From positions 1,920,001 to 1,984,000 of the forward strand of contig OY759746.1 of NCBI GenBank assembly GCA_963662795.1: a stretch of 64,000 bases of DNA, written 5' to 3'. A program made the position numbers and the translations under genes. Shown here piece by piece: positions 60,644 to 64,000 of this stretch (the stretch's first letter is position 1; each line of letters opens with the position of its first letter). The notes beneath the pieces were generated by a model. That model was not told the origin of the DNA and made no database searches. It saw nothing but the letters and a program-made list of their open reading frames with translations. Origin of the DNA: Spirochaetia bacterium. GTDB taxonomy: Bacteria > Spirochaetota > Spirochaetia > CADAEX01.

Positions 60644-61534
60644 ATGCCATTACCATTTGAAATAAGAAATCAAATAATACAATGCTTTGGAACATGTTTT
60701 CATTACAAAGATGTAATGGAAGCTTTTTTAATTTCTTCTGATGTTCCAAGAAAATTAGCTTCAAAATATAAAGATCAATATAAATTTGTATGGATAAAAA
60801 ATATATTAAATGAACTTGATCAAATGGATGACGGTATTGATATAGAAAGAAGGATACTCACAGCACTGTGTAAATTAAGAAAACTACCGGATAATAATGT
60901 TCCTAATCCTGATACAGGTCTTTATAATTTAAGAATAATTAAGCAATTAGCAGTAGAAAATGATTTATATGTAGAAGAACTAAAAATAAAAGAAAATCAA
61001 AAAAAAAGAATGGCCGAAGAACGAGCAAAAATAATACAAGAAAGAACAAATCTTTTAAAAACATTACATCAAGATTTTATGGATTCATTAACAAATCCTA
61101 ACAGACAAGCAGCTGGTTACACTTTAGAAGATATACTTGAGAAACTATATCCATTGTTTTCGTTGGAATATCGCAAATCATATAGAACTACTACTCAACA
61201 AATTGATGGACATTTTAAATATGAATCTTTTGATTATTTAGTAGAAGCAAAATGGCGGTCAGATCAACCAAATGAGCAAGAAATTGGTGGTTTTAAGAGA
61301 AAAGTCGATACAAAGCTTGAATCTACTCGTGGTTTCTTTTTTTCAATAAACGGATTTCGGGATGAGGTAATAAAAGAATTTGAAGGACAAGGGTGCAATA
61401 TAATATTTTTTACTGGGGAAGACTTAATACATATTTTAGAAGGGCGTATAGCTTTAGATGAAGCTATTAGAATTAAAGTTGATAAGGCAGCACAAGAAGG
61501 TATTGTTTACTATCCGATTAGCCGGATGCTATAA
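60644..61534 (+). CDS. Mrr-like restriction endonuclease domain protein
   Basis: GYTLE...QIDG...YLVEAKW...GFFFSINGF. Confidence 0.8.
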   Translation: MPLPFEIRNQIIQCFGTCFHYKDVMEAFLISSDVPRKLASKYKDQYKFVWIKNILNELDQMDDGIDIERRILTALCKLRKLPDNNVPNPDTGLYNLRIIKQLAVENDLYVEELKIKENQKKRMAEERAKIIQERTNLLKTLHQDFMDSLTNPNRQAAGYTLEDILEKLYPLFSLEYRKSYRTTTQQIDGHFKYESFDYLVEAKWRSDQPNEQEIGGFKRKVDTKLESTRGFFFSINGFRDEVIKEFEGQGCNIIFFTGEDLIHILEGRIALDEAIRIKVDKAAQEGIVYYPISRML

Positions 61535-61554
61535 ATATTATTAAAGGAAGTAAT

Positions 61555-62199
61555 TTGATGAAAAAAATATCGATCGAGTATTGTTCTCTTTTTTATTTAA
61601 ATCAATGGATTTTATATGATGAAAAGTACAATTTTGCATTAAATAATCCTAAAATAAAAGAATACGAAAAAATCAAAATATTAAAAGAAGCAAGTATTTA
61701 TTATAGAATTGCGAGGAATTTTCCTACTAAATATGATGAAAAAAAAGGATTACAAAGACTAGAACCAGTGTATGAAATAATTAAAATGGTAAAATCCAAA
61801 GAATTTAGTGATAATCCTGTAGAAAAAATACTTAGAGTAAAAGAAAAAATATCAAATAAATATGGCGGTATAAAATTACTTTCAGCTACTACAAAAATAT
61901 TATGGATAAAAATCAAGCATCCAATAATTATTTATGATTCACAGGCTGTAAATGCTCTTGGCAGTAAACCTGGAGATTTAAATGAATATTATCATAAATG
62001 GAAAGATGAATATAATATTGTAAAAAAAGAAATAAAAAATGCTTGTCTGGATTTAGAAAAAATAAATAAATATGTTGTAAATCAAAAAATAGCTACTAAA
62101 GAATATATAAGAAATATCAGTCAAAATGAATGGTTCCACGAAAGAGTTTTTGATGCTTATCTTTGGCACATTGGCGATAACTCTTCATCAGAAGTGTAA
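61555..62199 (+). CDS. Hypothetical protein
   Basis: 214-aa ORF; SATTKILW..IIYDS. Confidence 0.65.
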   Translation: MMKKISIEYCSLFYLNQWILYDEKYNFALNNPKIKEYEKIKILKEASIYYRIARNFPTKYDEKKGLQRLEPVYEIIKMVKSKEFSDNPVEKILRVKEKISNKYGGIKLLSATTKILWIKIKHPIIIYDSQAVNALGSKPGDLNEYYHKWKDEYNIVKKEIKNACLDLEKINKYVVNQKIATKEYIRNISQNEWFHERVFDAYLWHIGDNSSSEV

Positions 62200-62219
62200 A
62201 ACTTGAAATTGTAATTTTA

Positions 62220-62402
62220 GTCCAGCCTTGGCTCCGCCGTGCGGCTTGGACAAGAAGCCTGGCCACTACGTATAACACAGCATAACCGGTTCCGGCCATT
62301 CGGCCTTCACCAAAATTGCTTCGCAACTTCGGTTATGCTGGGAACGTTATGCTCAATACCAGCCGCAAGAAGAAATCGCCCGGACCTCCGGCCGACGGGC
62401 GA
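62220..62402 (+). repeat. Composite repeat R39 (A|K) with short 77-bp core
   Basis: TAAC 62273-62276, GTT 62346. Confidence 0.9.
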
Positions 62403-62414
62403 AGAAAAGATGTT

Positions 62415-62476
62415 GTGCTGTTTGATATACTTTAAACATAAAATATATAGTTTTCTAATTATTTAATATGTTATAT
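62415..62476 (+). other. Internal attI-like site (copy 4)
   Basis: ATATACTTTAAACATAAAATATATAGTTTTCTAATTATTTAATATG|TTA, near-identical to 34178-34226. Confidence 0.6.
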
Positions 62477-62529
62477 TGAAAATAATACTTTAGCAAAGCA
62501 CATCAGAAAAATATATAATAGGACTTTGT

Positions 62530-63159
62530 ATGTATAATATTACTTTTATAAGCACAATTCATATGGAAATTGGAAAATGTAATGCAGATGAATTATGTAA
62601 TATTTTAAATGAAATTCAACCAGAAGTTATTTTTTTAGAAGCACTTGATAATACTTATTCAAAATATGATGAGCTTTTGTTTTCATCATTTTATCAATTT
62701 CATGAAAAATTAGAGATAAAAGCAATTCAGAAATACTGTATAAATAATTCTTGTAAATATGTTCCAGTACTTAATAATAGTTTATCAGTAGCCTTTGACA
62801 AAAAAAGCAAAATAATTTGTGAAAATAATAAAATACAAACATTGATGGATAAATATAATTCATTGGCTTCTAAACATGGTTTTAAATTTCTTAATAGCGA
62901 TGAATGTATTGATTTGGAAGAAGAGATGCGTCTTTTAGGAAATAAAATATTAAATGATATAGAAATGGAACAAGCCGTTAATTTAGATATTAACCTATAT
63001 GAAGACTCAATGTTAAGTAATATATATTCATATTGCAAGAATAATAGTTTCAATACTGCAATCTTTATGTGTGGTGTGGCACATAGAAAATCTATCATTG
63101 AAAAAATAAAAAAATATAATATTCAGGAAAAAATAGATCTCAAATGGATAGTTTATTGA
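62530..63159 (+). CDS. Hypothetical protein (TraB/ChaN-like motif pattern)
   Basis: ISTIH...PEVIFLE...MCGVAH. Confidence 0.6.
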   Translation: MYNITFISTIHMEIGKCNADELCNILNEIQPEVIFLEALDNTYSKYDELLFSSFYQFHEKLEIKAIQKYCINNSCKYVPVLNNSLSVAFDKKSKIICENNKIQTLMDKYNSLASKHGFKFLNSDECIDLEEEMRLLGNKILNDIEMEQAVNLDINLYEDSMLSNIYSYCKNNSFNTAIFMCGVAHRKSIIEKIKKYNIQEKIDLKWIVY

Positions 63160-63236
63160 AAATTGAATCATTCATTATATATTTCACACATTAATAATTA
63201 TTTGTAGTGTCGTGAAATATTATTAAAGGTAAAAAA

Positions 63237-64000
63237 ATGGATACTATAGATAATTTAATTATTTATTTAAATAAATGGTTAAAACAATTTGAAAAAGATG
63301 AAAAAATTGCTTTAAAAATGATTGAATTACAAAAGCAATTAGAATGGGAAAAAGATGCTATTAGTAAATTACCTAAAAGTTTACTGGATAATAATAATAT
63401 TCAAATAAATAATGATTTTTATAAAGTATTATTAGATCAGTTTCAAGAAAAATATCCGATTACTGAAGAAAAAGATGAAGGATATATAGCTGGAAATATA
63501 GAAATAGTCGCTAGTTCAAGTTCAACAATTTTCAAAATAGTAAAATTATCAGAATTAAAAAATCAAAAGTATTTAAATGAATTATTAATATCAAAAGAAG
63601 AGATTGATAATATAAAACGTAAAATAGAGAAAATTGCTGAATGGTTTAATACGGTAAATGTGCAATTAAAAAATGAATTTGATGAAAGTATAGATAAATA
63701 CTATTTAAAGAATGAAAATCAAAATGAAAATTATATAATTGGAATATCCATGAGAAATTTAATAGAGCATCTAAAAGGATTTTTATGGACTAAAGTAAAA
63801 AATAGAAAAAGTCAGAAATGTTCAATGAAAATAATACTGAATGATTTAAAAGATCAAAAAATAAAATTAGATATGAATCAAATTGAAAAAATTAATAACG
63901 ATTTTAAAGATTTGCATAAAAATCTTACACAAATAGCAAAAAATCAAGATAATTTATTGAATATAAAAATTGTATTCAATGAATACATAAATATCATATA
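63237..64000 (+). CDS. Hypothetical protein, runs off window end
   Basis: ATG 63237 after AAAGGT; frame appears open to the end. Confidence 0.6.
   Translation, partial: MDTIDNLIIYLNKWLKQFEKDEKIALKMIELQKQLEWEKDAISKLPKSLLDNNNIQINNDFYKVLLDQFQEKYPITEEKDEGYIAGNIEIVASSSSTIFKIVKLSELKNQKYLNELLISKEEIDNIKRKIEKIAEWFNTVNVQLKNEFDESIDKYYLKNENQNENYIIGISMRNLIEHLKGFLWTKVKNRKSQKCSMKIILNDLKDQKIKLDMNQIEKINNDFKDLHKNLTQIAKNQDNLLNIKIVFNEYINII

Larger units (their letters stand above)
1..64000 (+). mobile_element. Large integron-like gene cassette array (39 composite attC-like repeats, 38 complete cassettes); integrase not in window
   Basis: Regular alternation of 1-4 mostly co-oriented genes with a conserved palindromic repeat bounded by TAAC...GTT cores; typical cassette cargo (TA, GNAT, nucleases). 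Confidence 0.9.

Noticed and set aside
490-62346. Cassettes as classical IS/MITE elements because of terminal inverted repeats
   Set aside because: No target-site duplications, all shells share one orientation, and all abut attC-like cores exactly at GTT/AAC.
277-62402. CRISPR array or guide-RNA array interpretation of the repeats
   Set aside because: Repeats are 180-300 bp separated by whole genes, no cas genes are present, and the variable 20-mers match the cassette's own other end and recur as a small set.
391-62466. Many short ORFs overlapping repeats (e.g. 391-585, 11764-12084, 12768-13106, 35865-36206, 52000-52257, 60214-60600)
   Set aside because: They are translations of the GC-rich repeat in various frames and strands with inconsistent starts and stops.
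1820-63098. Antisense ORFs within long genes (e.g. 15939-16352, 36516-37025, 45883-46281)
   Set aside because: Shadow frames of well-supported genes with no motifs or RBS.
1-64000. Integrase, transposase, tRNA or rRNA genes
   Set aside because: No tyrosine-recombinase, DDE or HUH motifs were recognised in any ORF and no structural RNA gene was seen; the mobilising enzyme must lie outside the window.

Overview
AT-rich window that is almost entirely one gene-cassette array. It resembles a sedentary chromosomal integron, probably from a spirochaete (inferred from flagellin-like motifs and repeat style), but no integrase lies in the window. Thirty-nine GC-rich composite repeats (about 180-300 bp) separate 38 complete cassettes plus two partial ones. 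Cargo includes toxin-antitoxin pairs, nucleases and defence-like genes, a type II R-M locus, GNATs, MATE/MarR, LarA-like plus RocD, and many hypotheticals. The repeats are not ordinary attC sites. Each reads hairpin A - aaga(a) - ~20-bp variable arm - (T/G)AAC - attC-like core - GTT - ~20-bp variable arm - aaga - hairpin B. The arm at the start of each cassette is the near-perfect reverse complement of the arm at the end of that same cassette in 38 of 38 cases. I counted 12 arm 'barcodes', most with a central A.C mismatch. Cores assort independently of arms and cargo. Several cassettes carry an internal attI-like motif followed by conventional cassettes with a different, canonical attC, giving a nested two-tier cassette system. 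All calls were made by eye from motifs; no database search was run and repeat boundaries are approximate to a few bp.
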